A stretch of 64,000 bases of DNA from the NCBI RefSeq assembly GCF_009914755.1, contig NC_060942.1; one strand, given 5' to 3'. Shown here piece by piece: positions 1 through 14,659 of this stretch. Within the stretch, counting starts at the first letter, position 1. Each line of letters begins with the position of its first letter. The DNA comes from the human T2T-CHM13v2.0 reference genome, Homo sapiens. The translations under genes were made by a program, and so were the position numbers. The notes below the pieces were generated by a model. That model did not search any database. It was given only the letters and a program-made list of their open reading frames with translations, and was not told where the DNA came from.

Positions 1-571
1 GATTGTAGGGCGTCTTTATAATTTATTGAGTACTATTTTCTTTGACATTTTGTGAATTGTGTACACACATTATGGTCTCTGTAGTTAAATAGTTTTTTAG
101 GCATAGTATTAATGAAGTCTGTGTTAAGCCTTGTTTTGCTTTATGGACTAGTATGTTTTACAGTCAAGATTAAAATCTAAGTTGTATCCAAACTACTGCT
201 CAAATTGTTTTCTCGGATTAGAGACAAATAATGTGTAAGTGAAAACAGTAGCGTGTAAGTCCTCATTGAAGAAACATTGCTACCTCAGTGGAACCATCAA
301 AAGTGAGAAGGGGTTTTTATGTGAAACACACAGTGCACGTTGTTGTTTTCATCTTTAGGTTCTTTGTACTGTGTTACAGATTATTTGGGCTACTTTAATC
401 TTTGGATTAAAAAGGAAAAGAAAAATCTGCCTGCTTTTCTTTTTAGGTTCAGTGTTACTATAACCAACCCAAACTATGATTTTGTTGATGATCTAGAAAG
501 AAAACACTGCTTGTTAGAATCTTTAGAAAAATTATATTTGTTAGTACTAGAACAAAATTTAAGAAACCTCA

Positions 572-811
572 TTGTCTTAGTTTGTTTGAGCTCCTGAATC
601 AAAAATACCACTAACTGTGTAGCTTGTAAATACTAGGAGTTTACTTCTCACAGTTCTAGAGGCTGGGAAGTCCAAGATCATGGTGCTGGCAGATTGAGTG
701 TCTAGTGAGGTCTCTCTTCCTCATAGATAGTGCCTTCTGGCTATGTCCTCCCAAAGGTCCTACCTCTTACTACATGAATTTTGGAGGACCACAAACATTT
801 AGACCACATCA
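572..811. mobile_element. MLT1-family (ERVL-MaLR) LTR fragment
   Basis: ttctcacagttctagaggctgggaagtccaagatca and acaaacatttagaccac MLT1 hallmarks. Confidence 0.75.
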
Positions 812-1574
812 CTTACTAATGTGTGAATTTACATTTTTATGCAGTTTCTGTATTTCACTACTTTCCTAGGAAAGATAATTCAATCTATAAGCAAAATTAA
901 TATTAAAATATAATTCCTTAATTCCAAAGCATAACCTTTATTTACAATAATTGTAAATTATTGTATAGAGAGATTTTAGATTGTTATAAATTGGGGGCCA
1001 CCAGTAAGATGATCAACAGCCATAAACTTGTGTGAATCTGAGAGTTTAACATCAAAATATTTAAACTAAAAAAATTCAAAGAAAGGAAATACTCAAATTC
1101 TCAAGTGCAGTGAAAGATCCTCAATTAGACAGGTCAACTTAAACACCTTAAAACGGAAGATTTGAGCACACAAATAAAAAGAGTTACTTAATAGCTTTAT
1201 AGAATCTTTTGCCTTAAATTACATACTTTTAAATATGCATGAAACAGAAGTTGATCACATTCTAGGATACAGAAAAATTTCAATAAATTTTCAGAAGTTG
1301 ATTTTGTATAGGATACAATCTTTGATTACAGTTCACTGAAAAACTTATAAAATAGCCATCCAAAATTTCATTACATGAAAAGAAGGACTCGAAACAGATA
1401 CTGCATACTACACATGTGAGTATTATGTAAACAGATTGGATGGACCAAAGCCGTCCTAGGAAAAATTAAGACTTTTGAGTATTATTAGAAAATAAGACAG
1501 ATTGAAAATAAGTAAAATATTTAACTAAAAAAACTAGGAAAATTAAAAGAAAGTAGCAGAAAGGAATTAATATA

Positions 1575-1899
1575 GCAGTTCCCAACCTTTTTGTCATCAG
1601 GGATTGGTTTTGCAGAAGACAGTTTTTCCACAGATTGGGGGTCGGGTGGGAGGACTGGTTTCAGGGTAAAACTGTTCCACTCAGATGTCAGAGAATCAGA
1701 CATTAGATTCTCGGAAGGAGTGCGCAGCCTAGATCCCTCACATGCACAGTGCACAATAGGGTTCGCACTCCTGTGAGAATCTAACACTCTTCGGATCTGA
1801 CAGGAGGCGGAGCTCAGATGGTAAAGCTTACTCACCTGCTATTCGCCTCCTGCTGCGTGGCCCGGTTCCTAACAGGCAGCCTGGGGCTTGAGGACCCCT
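1575..1899 (+). mobile_element. MER1B hAT-Charlie non-autonomous DNA transposon
   Basis: cccaacctttttg...gaagacagtttttccac...attagattctc...gatctgacaggaggcggagctcag...ggacccct. Confidence 0.85.
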
Positions 1900-2246
1900 T
1901 AATTAATACATATAATGGAATTGGAGATAGAAGACAAAACTGTAGTGAACTGAAGTTTTACAAAACTTATAAAAATGAACAGAAAATATAGATGACTTGT
2001 CACTAATAAAGAAACATGAGAAAACATAGGAATGAGAAAGAAGTTGTAAGCACAGATACAAATGAGGTAACAATTGTTTGCAAATACTCTACAACTTTTT
2101 CCTAATATATTTGAAAATTTTGATGAAATGAATCTTTTCTAAAATAATATGCTTGGCAGAATTGACTGTAGAAGAAATAGAAAACTCCAAAATACACAAC
2201 AAATTGACAAGATAGTAAAAGATCATCTTCTCCAAAACACCAGTCT

Positions 2247-2540
2247 GGTTGGGCGCGGTGGCTCACGCCTGTGACCCTAGCACTTTGGAAGGCCGAGGTG
2301 GGCGATCACTCAAGGTCAGGAGTTTGAGACCAGCCTGGCCAACATGGCAAAACCCCATCTCTACTAGAAATACATAAATTAGCCGGGCGTGGTGGCAGGC
2401 ACCAATAATCCCAGCTACTCAGGAGGCTGAGGCAGGAGAATGGCTTGAACCCAGGAGGCAGAGGTTGCAGTAAGCCAAGATTGCACCACTGGACTCCAGC
2501 CTGGGGAACAACAGTGAAACTCTGTCTCAAAAAAAAAAAA
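2247..2540 (+). mobile_element. Alu (S-type)
   Basis: Dimeric Alu consensus with poly-A tail. Confidence 0.95.
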
Positions 2541-3198
2541 GTCTGATAATTTAATATACGAATTGTACTAAGCTTCCTAGGAACTATAATTGTTATGCTA
2601 TTTAACTGTTTTTGAGCATAGAATGGGATCAAAACCCCCATGGTAGCGTAGAATACTTTGATATCCTTGTCCAGTTTTGGCTGCTCACAAAATGAAGCAA
2701 CAGACCGGTTTCTTCTTTCAGGTTGCCGTAAATCAAGTTGTACACCCATGGGTTTCTGGACTTCAAGTTTTTGAATCTTCAGTTGAGTTAGGTTCTTGAC
2801 TCTTCAGCAATTTTTCAGGGTTAAAATGGGATATATTTTGCTTGTTGGCTTCGCAGATACTTGTATCTTAGACCAGATAGGGGAACCTGAATTCTTTGGT
2901 TTAGGCTGAGGAAGACACATGAGGGAAATGATTGCTAGAGGGAGCTTCACACTGTAAATTGTAAAATATTGTAACTATGTCTTGTGCTTAATTTTGTTAT
3001 TTGTATTTGTGTTCATCTCTTCTCTCAGACTCTGGGCTCCTTAGAGGCTATAGAAAAGACTTGGCTGTCATAATCTTTGGGGGACAGAGTTTGATAAAAA
3101 CATGGTAAGGAGAGGATTAGCATAGAATAGTGTTATGAGAGTAAGTGAAAGTAGAATGCTCATTGAGGAAGCTAGCGGTAGTCCAGGGGAGTCCTTGA

Positions 3199-3659
<461 letters not shown>

Positions 3660-5149
3660 CTGCATTTTTCTCTTTTGAGCAGGATGAGTTGTTAGGAAAA
3701 AGTGAGGCTGTGCTGTCAAGCACAGGGTGGTGTCAGAGCTGCCTGGAGCGAGGTCTTTGATACAGCTCTGATTGTCCAGAAGGCTTGTGAGATGAGAAAA
3801 GGCTTGGTAGTCTTAGGAGTTGTGCTGTGTGGGTTATATCACAAGGGAGGGTTCTGAATACTTTTTGAAAAATAAGGTTCTGATGCAAGCTTCAGGAAGC
3901 ATAGGTGAATTTCCTTAAATCTAATAATGAGCTAGGTGAAATTGGTTGGGCTGTCAAATTCCCTCCAGCTTTGTAATTGTTTCACTGCTATTTGAGATTG
4001 GTGGCAGTGGAAAAAGAAGAGAAGATGCAAGTTTAAGAGACATTGGAGTGGTGTTGATCATCAGGACTGGCAAATGCCGAGTACAGGACAGGGAAGGGAA
4101 CTCTCAGAGGTCCGGGGCTCCCCAGCCTTAGGGACCAGAAGACTGTTCCAGGCATGCAGCTAGGAAAGCTGGGAGAAGTGGGCTTTAGGGGAAGAAATTG
4201 AAACGGAATCTGTATTTTTATGGAAAGTCCGGAAAAACAGAGTGTGTTCAGAGGTGCATCATGCTAATCATTGTATAGCAGTTAAGGTACAAATGAGGGA
4301 GGAGAGAGGACCGGGAATGGAGAGCTGTGGGCAGAGGACAAAATCTTGGCCAATGCCTCCTTGTCTTGGCAGGAGGAGCAGCCCAAGGCTGATTAGAGGA
4401 CTGACTGCGTGTGTCACCCTCTTAACGTTCCAAATGACTCTTAAGGAATTCGAAAGTTTACCCCCAAGCTTGTCCTGAATTCCTGAAATAATGCAGTAGC
4501 TTGATCAATTCATATTTATTACATGGTCAACCTGAAGGAATTCTTAATTTAGTAAATGTATATAAAATGAAATATTTAAATTACTAATTTTGTTATTTGT
4601 AGATATCCCTTTAGTGATATCTGTGAAAATGCTAACCTTTTTAGAACAAAAGATCATGTTAGAGTCACTTTTGTTTTCAGTTTATTATAGTATCTAGTGT
4701 GCAGTATTCATACTGAATAAACAAGGTATTAAAATCTTGCTTATCCTGAATTTTGGACATAGTTATGTAGACTCCATGTCAACAAATGCCCATATAGAAA
4801 GTAAATGTAGAAATTCATTAGAAATTGGCCGTGGAATCAAGGGAAGTAATTGTGACTAGATATTTCTCATGTTTAAAAAATGAGCAACATTAATATATAT
4901 TAATTTATAATGTTTGTTAATTTATAAATTAATTTGTAATGTTATATTATAAATATATTAATTTATAATGTTTCCCCATAGGTATTCTTTGAATAGCCAG
5001 TTCCTAACACAATTAAAATAACATAGTTGCAACATTAGAATCTAACTTACCAGAATTTTCATCTTCTGGGTAAAACATGTGCCTTGTGACATTTAATTGT
5101 ATTACTAGCATTGACAGTGAATTACATCTGCTTTTCTTTTGCTTTGTAG

Positions 5150-5291
5150 GTCTCATCCAGCCCATTCCAAAAAACCAGTTTTTCCAAAGCTATTTCAATA
5201 ATAATTTTGTCAATGAAGCAGATAGACCATACAAGTGTTTTTACTGTCATCGTGCATATAAAAAATCTTGCCACCTTAAACAACACATCAG
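5150..5291 (+). CDS. ZNF236: Coding exon A ([10 protein letters not shown]...[23 protein letters not shown]), 142 nt, phase 1->2
   Basis: ttttctttgctttgtag| acceptor, CAG|gtaagg donor, C2H2 start; ORF 5077..5295. Confidence 0.95.
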
Positions 5292-5659
5292 GTAAGGTAA
5301 CGGATTCACAGATGGAAATTTAGTATAATTAAACTGACTTAGTGACCTGATGACGTCTAGAAGTATTTAGGATGGTAGCATTAGCTTTTGGTATTAAAGA
5401 TGTCACATTTGACTCCAAAACATTTATTGGTAATTAATATTTTTATTCTTTAATGTCTTGACTAAAATATTTTATCCAGAAATTGCTACTGGAGTTTATG
5501 TATATGCTCATTAAATTTCAGTGTTTGCAATTTCCAAGAAATGTCAAAGAAGTTTATTTTATTAGACTTCCTTTTGTGTTTTTCAGATGTATTTATCAGT
5601 TTAGATTAATTCTTAGTGCTAGCCACAGTGAAAAGGAAGTCGAACCTTGATCATGAGAG

Positions 5660-5795
5660 ACAGTGTGATGTCATGAAAAAAGTATAGAACTTAGAAAAAG
5701 ACATGGCTTCTAGCTTCATCTCAGTCGTGTGACTTGAGGCAGGTCGCTTAAGCACTCTGAGTCTCAGGCTTCCTCCCTTGTGAAATGTGGAGAGC
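5660..5795 (+). mobile_element. MIR SINE fragment
   Basis: tgtgacttgaggcaggtcgcttaagcactctgagtctcag MIR core-like sequence. Confidence 0.6.
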
Positions 5796-5924
5796 TCCGG
5801 CATTGCTGCTTAGCTTTAAAAAATGTGATGATGAAGTGAAGCGAAATGCAAGAGTGCATTCTAGTCACAAAGCATTATAAAAGTATAAGAAACATATTCA
5901 TTAAAATGTGTATTTTTTTTTAAG

Positions 5925-6185
5925 ATCCCATACAGGTGAAAAACCTTTTAAATGTTCTCAGTGTGGAAGAGGCTTTGTTTCTGCAGGCGTGCTCAAAGCA
6001 CACATCAGAACACACACAGGACTGAAATCTTTCAAGTGTCTGATATGTAATGGGGCTTTCACTACTGGTGGCAGCTTACGGCGACACATGGGTATCCACA
6101 ACGACCTTCGTCCCTATATGTGTCCCTATTGCCAAAAAACATTTAAGACTTCACTAAATTGCAAAAAGCACATGAAAACCCACAG
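5925..6185 (+). CDS. ZNF236: Coding exon B ([13 protein letters not shown]...CKKHMKTHR), 261 nt, 3 fingers, phase 2->2
   Basis: T-tract taag| acceptor, CAG|gtgggt donor, TGEKP linker; ORF 5908..6195. Confidence 0.96.
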
Positions 6186-8110
6186 GTGGGTGTAATTCTG
6201 GTGGTCACTTTTTATCATCTTTATAATTTCCAGTAGATGGTGGGGAGTGTTTTTAGGAAATAATTGTCTTTGATTCTTACATTATTATTTCTAGCTCATA
6301 CTATATGGGCTCAAGAAAAAAAAAAAAAAAAAAAAAAAAGAAATGTAAGTATTAGTGTCTAAGGATCTAATGGGAGCCATAGACTGAAGCATTAGCATTT
6401 TCATTTTTAATTTAATAATGAAGTAGTTTATATTCTGTAAGCTGTCTTTTAAAGCTGTTAGTTGGTAATTAGATGAAATGCTGGACTGTGTCTAGTACAG
6501 TCAGATAGTGAATATTTCAGAAAAGAGAATCTTAAAGACCCTGTGATTTCTAGGCCTGTCATCAGCAAATCTGAATGGTAATTATTCTATGTTGTTGACT
6601 TTAAAGAATACATATTTTAGATATTCCATAAACTTTTCATTCAGCCTAGCTTATATTTTCACATGATTGGAAGGCTAGCTCGTCTCTATGTGGATGTAAT
6701 CCGGAAGAGATGCATTTCTGACTAGTGCTGGGGCCTATTCGATGAGTATTTCTGTGAAGCCACAGAATTCTGTGTGGTACTGTAACACCTGGGTAGGGTG
6801 ACCACAGCTTAGGAGATGTGAAAGGGAGAGTCACTAGGCCTAAAGCTGCTGCCCTGGAACATTTGCTTTGAGACAGCATTTTAACCCAGATATGTCTGCC
6901 TGGATGTCGTCTACAAAGCAAAACCTTAAATATTAGAATAAGTTACCTGTGATAGTGTTGTTTTGATATTATTGATCTGACTGCCTAAGCACCCTCAACA
7001 GAATTGACGTTTTTGATTTCAGTATCGTTGATTGCTTAGCTGAGAAATTTACCTGCTGCTTGAGACCACCCAGGGAGTGTGGTATTGGCGGTGTTATATG
7101 TGGACTCCTGTTAATTACATATCCACTTACACTTCACTGCATTTTGTGGAGGGAATCCTGTGCAGGGCACTGCATGTGTTTGGGAACTGGGGAACTCGGG
7201 GGCACATGGATGTTGAGGATGCTTGTGTTCCTGCTCGCTGTAGCAGGATGACGGGTCCCCAGTTGGCCCAAGAGCTTACCGTGCTAAGAAGAATGGAGCT
7301 TGGGCGCTTGCTTGCTCAGTGGAATGTTAAACCAAATCTTTTTCAGTCAGGAAGCCAGCCTCTTCCAGTGTCCTTTCGTAGTAGTATTGGGAATATGGGT
7401 GTTCAGGCCCTTGTTTCCGGACCCAGTGACCAATGCTGTAATTGCGGGGTCACCTTTATTAAGTGGTATATTGTGCGACCATTGTTTGTCATCAGTTTCG
7501 AGGGACACATGTAGGAGATGAATGTAGAGCTTTGAGAGGACACTAAGCAGATCAGCCTGTTGTTGCAGAGCTGCAGTGCTTTGCTTTTACAGATTGTGTG
7601 CACTTGGAATCTGCCTACAAGGAGAGCATCCAGCCAGGGTTTCATTCCTTTGAATTGTTGGAAATTCCCAAAATACCACATATACTCATGCTAAAGATAG
7701 GTAAAGAAGGTTACTGTAGTAAAATTTATTGGAAAAAACAAAGAACCAAGGAAACAAACAGAAAACAAGCCTCCATCAGTTAGCGTGAGACACACATGTG
7801 CTTAGGTTAGAGTGGCTTTTACAGGCCCCTGCGTGCCACTGCGCTGCTGTGTGGAAGCATCACAGTGGAGGTGCAGGCGTGCATTTTCTAACTCTTCTCT
7901 ATTATGCGACACATTTTTGTTCTCCCTTCCACAGTAAAAGTAGTTATGAATTGTCTATTTTGGATATTAGAAAACGAAGAGGGAAAATTTTGTTTGGAAC
8001 TGAGAATGAAATTCTGAGTAGGCAGATTCCTAAGACACTGGAATAGAGCCCATGATGCAGCTTGTATGGTCTGTGTGTGCAGAGGCAGAAGAGGGGACCA
8101 GGCGGCTCTT

Positions 8111-8396
8111 TTTTGTGTGTGTGGGTGTTTTTGTTTGTTTGAGACGGAGTCTCGCTCTGTTGCCCAGGCTGGAGTGCCGTGGTGCAATTTTGGCTCACTG
8201 CAACCTCCTGCCTCAGCCTCCCAAGTAGCTGGGATTACAGGCGTGCACCCCTGCACCTGGCTAATTTTTGTATTTGTAGTAGAGATGGGGTTTCACCATG
8301 TTGGCCAGGCTGGCCTTGAACTCCTGACCTCAGGTGATCCTCCAGCCTTGGCCTCCCAAAGTGCTGGGATTACAGGTGTGAGCTGCGCGCCTGGCC
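8111..8396 (-). mobile_element. Alu with small internal deletion
   Basis: Reverse Alu consensus; ORF 8066..8455 is Alu-derived. Confidence 0.93.
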
Positions 8397-9088
8397 GGCT
8401 CTTTGTCTTAGATATTCTTCGTACTAGCCAGCCTGTTAGTCAGATAATTGTGTGAGATTTTTTTCTTTTTTTTTTTTTTCAAGTTCTCAGTTCATTGCTG
8501 AATTCATTGTTCATCTTTTCCTTTGAAAGAGAAATCGTTGACTTTGATGAATGCTGGATACACTTTGTGTATGTAAATGTTGCTGAAAGCAACATTTGGA
8601 TCGTTGGTCCAATAAAGGGCCTGAGGCCCAGGCTGTGAGAGACAGTAGGTGATGAGGCTGGAGGCTCTCTGCGCACCACGTGTTGTCAGATTTAGATCAG
8701 TCTATAAAGGTGTCGTCTCATTTAGTACAATTATTTTTCTGAATACTTAGACTCATTGCAGAACTTGAGTTGGGAGAGTTTTACTTTTAAACACGAGACA
8801 TCTTTTTAATGTTTTTAAACTATTAGGCATTCGGGTGTGTGTTGTCCTTCATCCTCCGTTCGTGCCTTGTGTCTTGTAGCCGGTGGAAGCACTTAAAGAT
8901 AAGGCAAACGAGCTCTCTTCAGAGTTACTAATGTGTTCAGTTTTTACCTGAATTGCCATCATGACTTCAAAATGAAATCATTAATAAAAAATGTTATTTA
9001 ATCAATGACAACTCTTTCACTGTAGTATCCCAGGCAAGTAACCTTTGACAGCATCTAACCTGATGAACTGTTGTTAATTTTTCTGAAG

Positions 9089-9342
9089 ATATGAGCTTGC
9101 CCAGCAGCTCCAACAGCATCAGCAGGCAGCCTCGATAGATGACAGCACTGTAGACCAGCAGAGCATGCAGGCCTCCACTCAAATGCAGGTGGAGATCGAG
9201 AGCGACGAGCTGCCGCAGACGGCAGAGGTGGTCGCAGCGAACCCCGAGGCCATGCTGGACCTGGAGCCTCAGCATGTGGTGGGCACGGAGGAAGCAGGGC
9301 TGGGCCAGCAGTTGGCAGATCAGCCCCTGGAAGCAGATGAAG
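9089..9342 (+). CDS. ZNF236: Coding exon C ([12 protein letters not shown]...QPLEADE), 254 nt, Q/E-rich linker, phase 2->1
   Basis: ttctgaag| acceptor, AAG|gtaaat donor, GC-rich coding-like island; phases fit both neighbours. Confidence 0.93.
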
Positions 9343-9665
9343 GTAAATGTTTCAGGATATTTAACTTTGAGTGATCCCAGCAGAGTTTTGCAGCCTTTCC
9401 CACTCATTGCAGTCCATTGGTGTCTCCCATCACTGACTTTTAAAACAATTTGTGCTGTATGTGAAAGAGATTGAATTGAGTATTTGATATCATTCCATGT
9501 CCTCTTAAATTAGATTTTTACTTTTCAATTTTATTAGATTTCTTAGGGGAAGTTCTTTTTTGAAAAAACAAAAACAAAGTGATCAGACTTCTTGTTAGGA
9601 AATATTCGAAATCTTGTTAAGAAGTAGTTGAAATTTTAGGACTGCAGCAAAATCTACCGTCCTTA

Positions 9666-10097
<432 letters not shown>

Positions 10098-10825
10098 TAT
10101 ACAAATAGGACCTTGCAGTGCATACTATTTTGTGACCTTTTATCCCCGGTATATTGAGAACATCTTTCAAGTGTACATCTGTATGATCTTTAGTATTCTA
10201 TAAAGTACACTCAGTGTAGATTCAAAGATGAATGTAGGTCAGTGAACTGTGGGTGACTGGTCTGCGGTGAGATGAGGCTCCTGAACCAGAATATAAAGCA
10301 GCACTTTGCTTCCTTCATCAGTAAAGTTTGGCTACAAAACACAATGTCAGGTCAACTGTAGACTGTGTGATTAGTGACATAGCTGGCTGCGTCTGGCACA
10401 GGCTTCTTATCTCACACAGGCATGTCAGCAAACAGTGTGCTGACCAGTTTACTGTTTTGTTTTATGGATGTCTCAAATGTATTCCGTCTTTGGGGAGGAT
10501 TATACACTTACCCCTATGGTGCCTGCAACCATGCACACGCAGAAAGGTTTTAAACAATTATGGAATGTAATAGCATTTTAGAATATTGTTTAATGGAACA
10601 ATGTCTGAGTTTTCAGACAGACGCTAAAGGCTTTCAGGGATGGTATTCTAGAAATGCAAAGAGAATGCTTTAAGCATATGTATGTATTAAATTATCTCCC
10701 TGTTTTCTTTTCAAAATAAGGTGTCTGATATTTGAAAACTCGCCGAAGTGTACTTTTGGACAGATTTGCAGTTGTGAAATAACTTCCAAATGTATGCGTC
10801 CCCCTTTTTTACATCTCATCCTCAG

Positions 10826-10927
10826 ATGGGTTTGTGGCTCCACAGGACCCTCTGCGAGGGCACGTAGACCAGTTTGAAGAGCAGAGCCCTGCGCAACAGT
10901 CCTTCGAACCAGCAGGGCTACCCCAAG
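10826..10927 (+). CDS. ZNF236: Coding exon D ([34 protein letters not shown]), 102 nt, phase 1->1
   Basis: ctcatcctcag| acceptor, AAG|gtcagt donor, open frame in the expected phase (too short for the ORF track). Confidence 0.92.
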
Positions 10928-11417
10928 GTCAGTGGTGGGTTTTCAATGAAATTTGTAAGTGAGCTATACTTCAGTTGAATTTAATCTCATGACAACCTTA
11001 CATGTTTTCTCTTAAGGCCCTTCTAAAGTGTATGGTTTCAAACCAAATAACTTTTTGCATGCATTGTAGATTTTTTTTTATTGATGCATACTATTTTGTG
11101 GTCTGCTTAGGTCTTCTGGAAAGTGACCTTTGCAGCCATTCTACACGTAGTTTCCAGTCAAGAAAAGGTGGCTGAGTAGAAATTGGAACTTCGTGGTGGC
11201 TGGTCCTGTAAAGCCTCCGGTGCTGTAATGTCTGCTGAGCACAGCCTCCTGCCTGTTAGCAAACAGTGTTAAAGCTTGCTAATAGCAGCTAGTCCTAATT
11301 CTAATTCAGAAAATAGAAATGCCCCTTTAGACATTTTAAATTTATAAACCTTTTCTTAGAACATTTTAATGTAACTTTAATATTTTTGTAGAACTCCTCT
11401 TTTCTAATTTATTTTAG

Positions 11418-11569
11418 GTTTTACAGTGACTGATACGTACCATCAGCAGCCTCAGTTTCCACCTGTCCAACAGCTACAGGATTCCAGCACACTTGAGTCT
11501 CAGGCCCTCTCCACAAGCTTCCACCAGCAGAGCTTGCTGCAGGCTCCCAGCTCTGATGGGATGAATGTA
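11418..11569 (+). CDS. ZNF236: Coding exon E ([11 protein letters not shown]...DGMNV), 152 nt, phase 1->0
   Basis: ctaatttattttag| acceptor, GTA|gtgagt donor; ORF 11426..11689. Confidence 0.92.
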
Positions 11570-13004
11570 GTGAGTATGGACAGAGGGGTGCATACATGGC
11601 AGTATTTAGCAGGTGCTATGTTATTCTTCACTGTCATTATTAAAAATTTCCTTAAGGGAAATTTTAAGAGGCATGCTCACTTCTTGTAGCATTAAGGTTA
11701 CTGCATTACCTGGGAAATCCTCAGTGTTTAGTACACAGGGCTTTCTTTTTCCTTAAAACATTTTAATTTTGCTTAAAGGTTTCACTGCCATGGTGTGGCC
11801 TTGCATTTGTGATTAAAAACCAAAAATTGACTAGAGTGCTATGTAATAACACGTTGAAAGGTACTATGTTGCTTTAGGCACAAAGCCTCAACATTTTTAT
11901 TTGTGGACTTTTAAACATGTTAGAAGGAAAATATAATGAATGCTGACGTTAAAAAATATTTAAATGCATCATTTAAAATTTTATCTCTTACTCCTGGTTG
12001 GAGACATTTTAATTTTGGTTTTGGTTTTCATTTTCCTGCTTTTGGAAATTTCTTAATAGTGATGAGAAATGATTGACCAATTGTTATCCCTCTTTAAAAT
12101 CCACCGCGGGTAGCTTTGCCCAAGTGGTAGGGCTGGACCCTCCCGTGAAAATTTCAGAACATTTTTCTCATAGGTAGAAACTACATAATTGGCAGCAGAT
12201 GCTGAATCTGGGAAGTGGAGAACGTACTTCTTAGCAGCTGACTTTACTCCAGAGCTCTCTAAATAAAACTGTGCAAATCCAGTTCTGTTGTTGTGGTTTA
12301 TCTAAGTTGGTTTTGGAAGTCAGGTAAACAAATGCGACACAGGCCCTTGCTTATAGCAACGTGCACTTGCTGCCCAGGGGTGGATGACTCTACTGTTCGC
12401 AGTCTGTCCTGTGACTCCAGGCCTTCTGAAGGTCAGTGGAGCTTATCCTCTACTCAGTGTGAGCATGGATCTATTATAGAGTGGTTAGAAAACATTGACC
12501 AGATTTTTGTTTTGTCCTTGCTGTGGTAGCATGGGTTGTAATGCCGCTGTCAGGAAGGGATGGGGTCAGTGTGACTGCCCTATATGTGCGTGGTACCGTT
12601 CTTGGGGATGGAGAGCATGTCTTTCTCACCCTCTGGTTTGTGTGACAAGAGGAGACATAATATTATACTCTCTGAAGGTGGGATTTTATTCACTGTCAGT
12701 AAGAGTAGAGCAGATGAAAGAGGAATCTCTTATTAAGATATATAAAATAATCAGTTTTATGGTTGATTAAGCTTTGTATTAAGGTAGGGTAATAGAAAAT
12801 AAATAGGTCTTCATTTAATAAAATCTGTATAAGTGATCTTTATTATTGCTCTGGCCTAAATGATTACAGTGAACTATTTGGGGTTTCTCTCTCTTAGATC
12901 CACATTTTATGAATGTTCTTATCCTTAGTTCTTAGCTGCTCAGTTGTTTTATGTTTATTCACAGATATTCAAGTAGTTTGCTTTATACTTCTCTTAAATT
13001 TTAG

Positions 13005-13108
13005 ACAACTCGCTTGATTCAGGAGTCATCCCAAGAGGAACTGGACCTGCAGGCACAAGGTTCCCAGTTTCTGGAGGACAACGAGGACCAGAGCAGGCGC
13101 TCTTACAG
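13005..13108 (+). CDS. ZNF236: Coding exon F ([35 protein letters not shown]), 104 nt, phase 0->2
   Basis: ttttag| acceptor, CAG|gtagtt donor, phases fit. Confidence 0.92.
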
Positions 13109-13575
13109 GTAGTTGTCTGCACAGACCAGCTCATGGTATTGCCGGCTCCCAGGAACGGATGCTGCTGTGTGTTTGCCCCGCTCCAAGGGCTCTGCGATTT
13201 CATTCTCTCAAAACTGTTCAAAACAGTTCCATTGTCATCCATATTCTGTAAATAAACGATCTGAGACAAAAGAGATTAACTTGCTAAACTTTTTACAGCA
13301 GATAAGTGAGCGGGCCAGGATTTGGATACGGCAGTCTTCAGTTTGTCTGTTTGAAGTACTCTGCTGCAGCTTCCCGTCACTGTTTTAAGTCATTATTATT
13401 CCATTTTCGAAATTAGTTAAATTTATATTATGCCTTTTAGTTCAAGACTCTTCATGTGCTTTACATATAACAATCTGTGTACCAGGATACAGCACAATTA
13501 GAAAGACAGCTTTTTAGATGTGTCCGTCCACTGGCTCAGCAGTACATACTGAGCACCCTCTGTGCACAATGTACA

Positions 13576-13706
13576 AGTAATTTTTGTATTTTTAGTAGAG
13601 ATGGGGTTTCACCACATTGGCCAGGCTGGTCTCAAACTCCTGACCTCAGGTGATCCACCTGCATCGGCCTCCCAAAGTGCTGGGATTACAGGCGTGAGCC
13701 ACCGCC
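13576..13706 (-). mobile_element. Alu left-arm fragment
   Basis: taatttttgtatttttagtagagatggggtttc...gtgagccaccgc. Confidence 0.9.
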
Positions 13707-14507
13707 AAACCAGATTTACAAGAGTGAATTTTCAAAATGTATTCAGTCACTTCCAGCTTTTAGTTTAATTTGGACTTGAGAGGAAAGTTAGTTGCCTCTA
13801 CGTGGGCACCCAGTCTTGACTTAGGTTATAGTGTAGGGACGTCACTAACCTCTTGCTGGAGATTAAAACTTGAGAATGGACAAAAGAGACATACTAATGG
13901 AATAAGCTTTTAATAATATGTGAGTAGGAGTTTTGAAATTTATAATTATTTTAATCCTTAAGATAACATTAGTCTATTCAGTAACAACTGAAGGGGAAAT
14001 AATACTGCATATTTATATATTATTCAGCATAACTCCAGTATACTCTGTTTTGTATTTTGTAAACCAAAGGAGTACATGGATTGGCATTTCCAAGTGACTA
14101 GATACAGGAGTGATTCTGCTTCTGAGGCAATGGAAGGATTCATAGTGTCTAACGACTTAATAAAGAAAAGAGTGCATACATTTTCTTCCTATTATGCTTA
14201 GAGAGAGTTTCTAATTAATCAAATATTATGTCTGCTGGGGAGTTATAGGATTTACTGTTTTTTAAGTAATACATTTAAGACTGTAAATACTCTAAGCAGA
14301 ATTTGGTCTAACAAATGATTGTTGGCAATATTTTATACTTTATAATTTCTTCAATGTTGGAGAGCACACCTAGGTTCTATAACAGTTGTGCCTAAATGTT
14401 TCATGGTTGTTGGTGAAGCTTGTTTGCTTTTCTTCCCTTTTCAGGTGCTGTATTTGTAATTGTGCTATGAATTAACGTGGTCTGAGTTCTGTATGTTTGC
14501 TTTGTAG

Positions 14508-14659
14508 GTGTGACTATTGCAACAAAGGCTTTAAGAAGTCCAGCCACCTGAAGCAGCATGTGCGGTCGCACACCGGGGAAAAGCCCTACAAGTGCAAGCT
14601 CTGTGGACGCGGCTTTGTTTCCTCTGGGGTCCTCAAGTCCCACGAGAAGACACACACAG
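14508..14659 (+). CDS. ZNF236: Coding exon G ([17 protein letters not shown]...HEKTHT), 152 nt, 2 fingers, phase 2->1
   Basis: tttgtag| acceptor, CAG|gtcact donor, C2H2 motifs; ORF 14497..14697. Confidence 0.96.

Noticed and set aside
6316-6339. Isolated poly-A tract as a retrocopy tail
   Set aside because: No recognisable upstream retroposed body or TSD; treated as a simple A-run (possible internal-priming artefact site).
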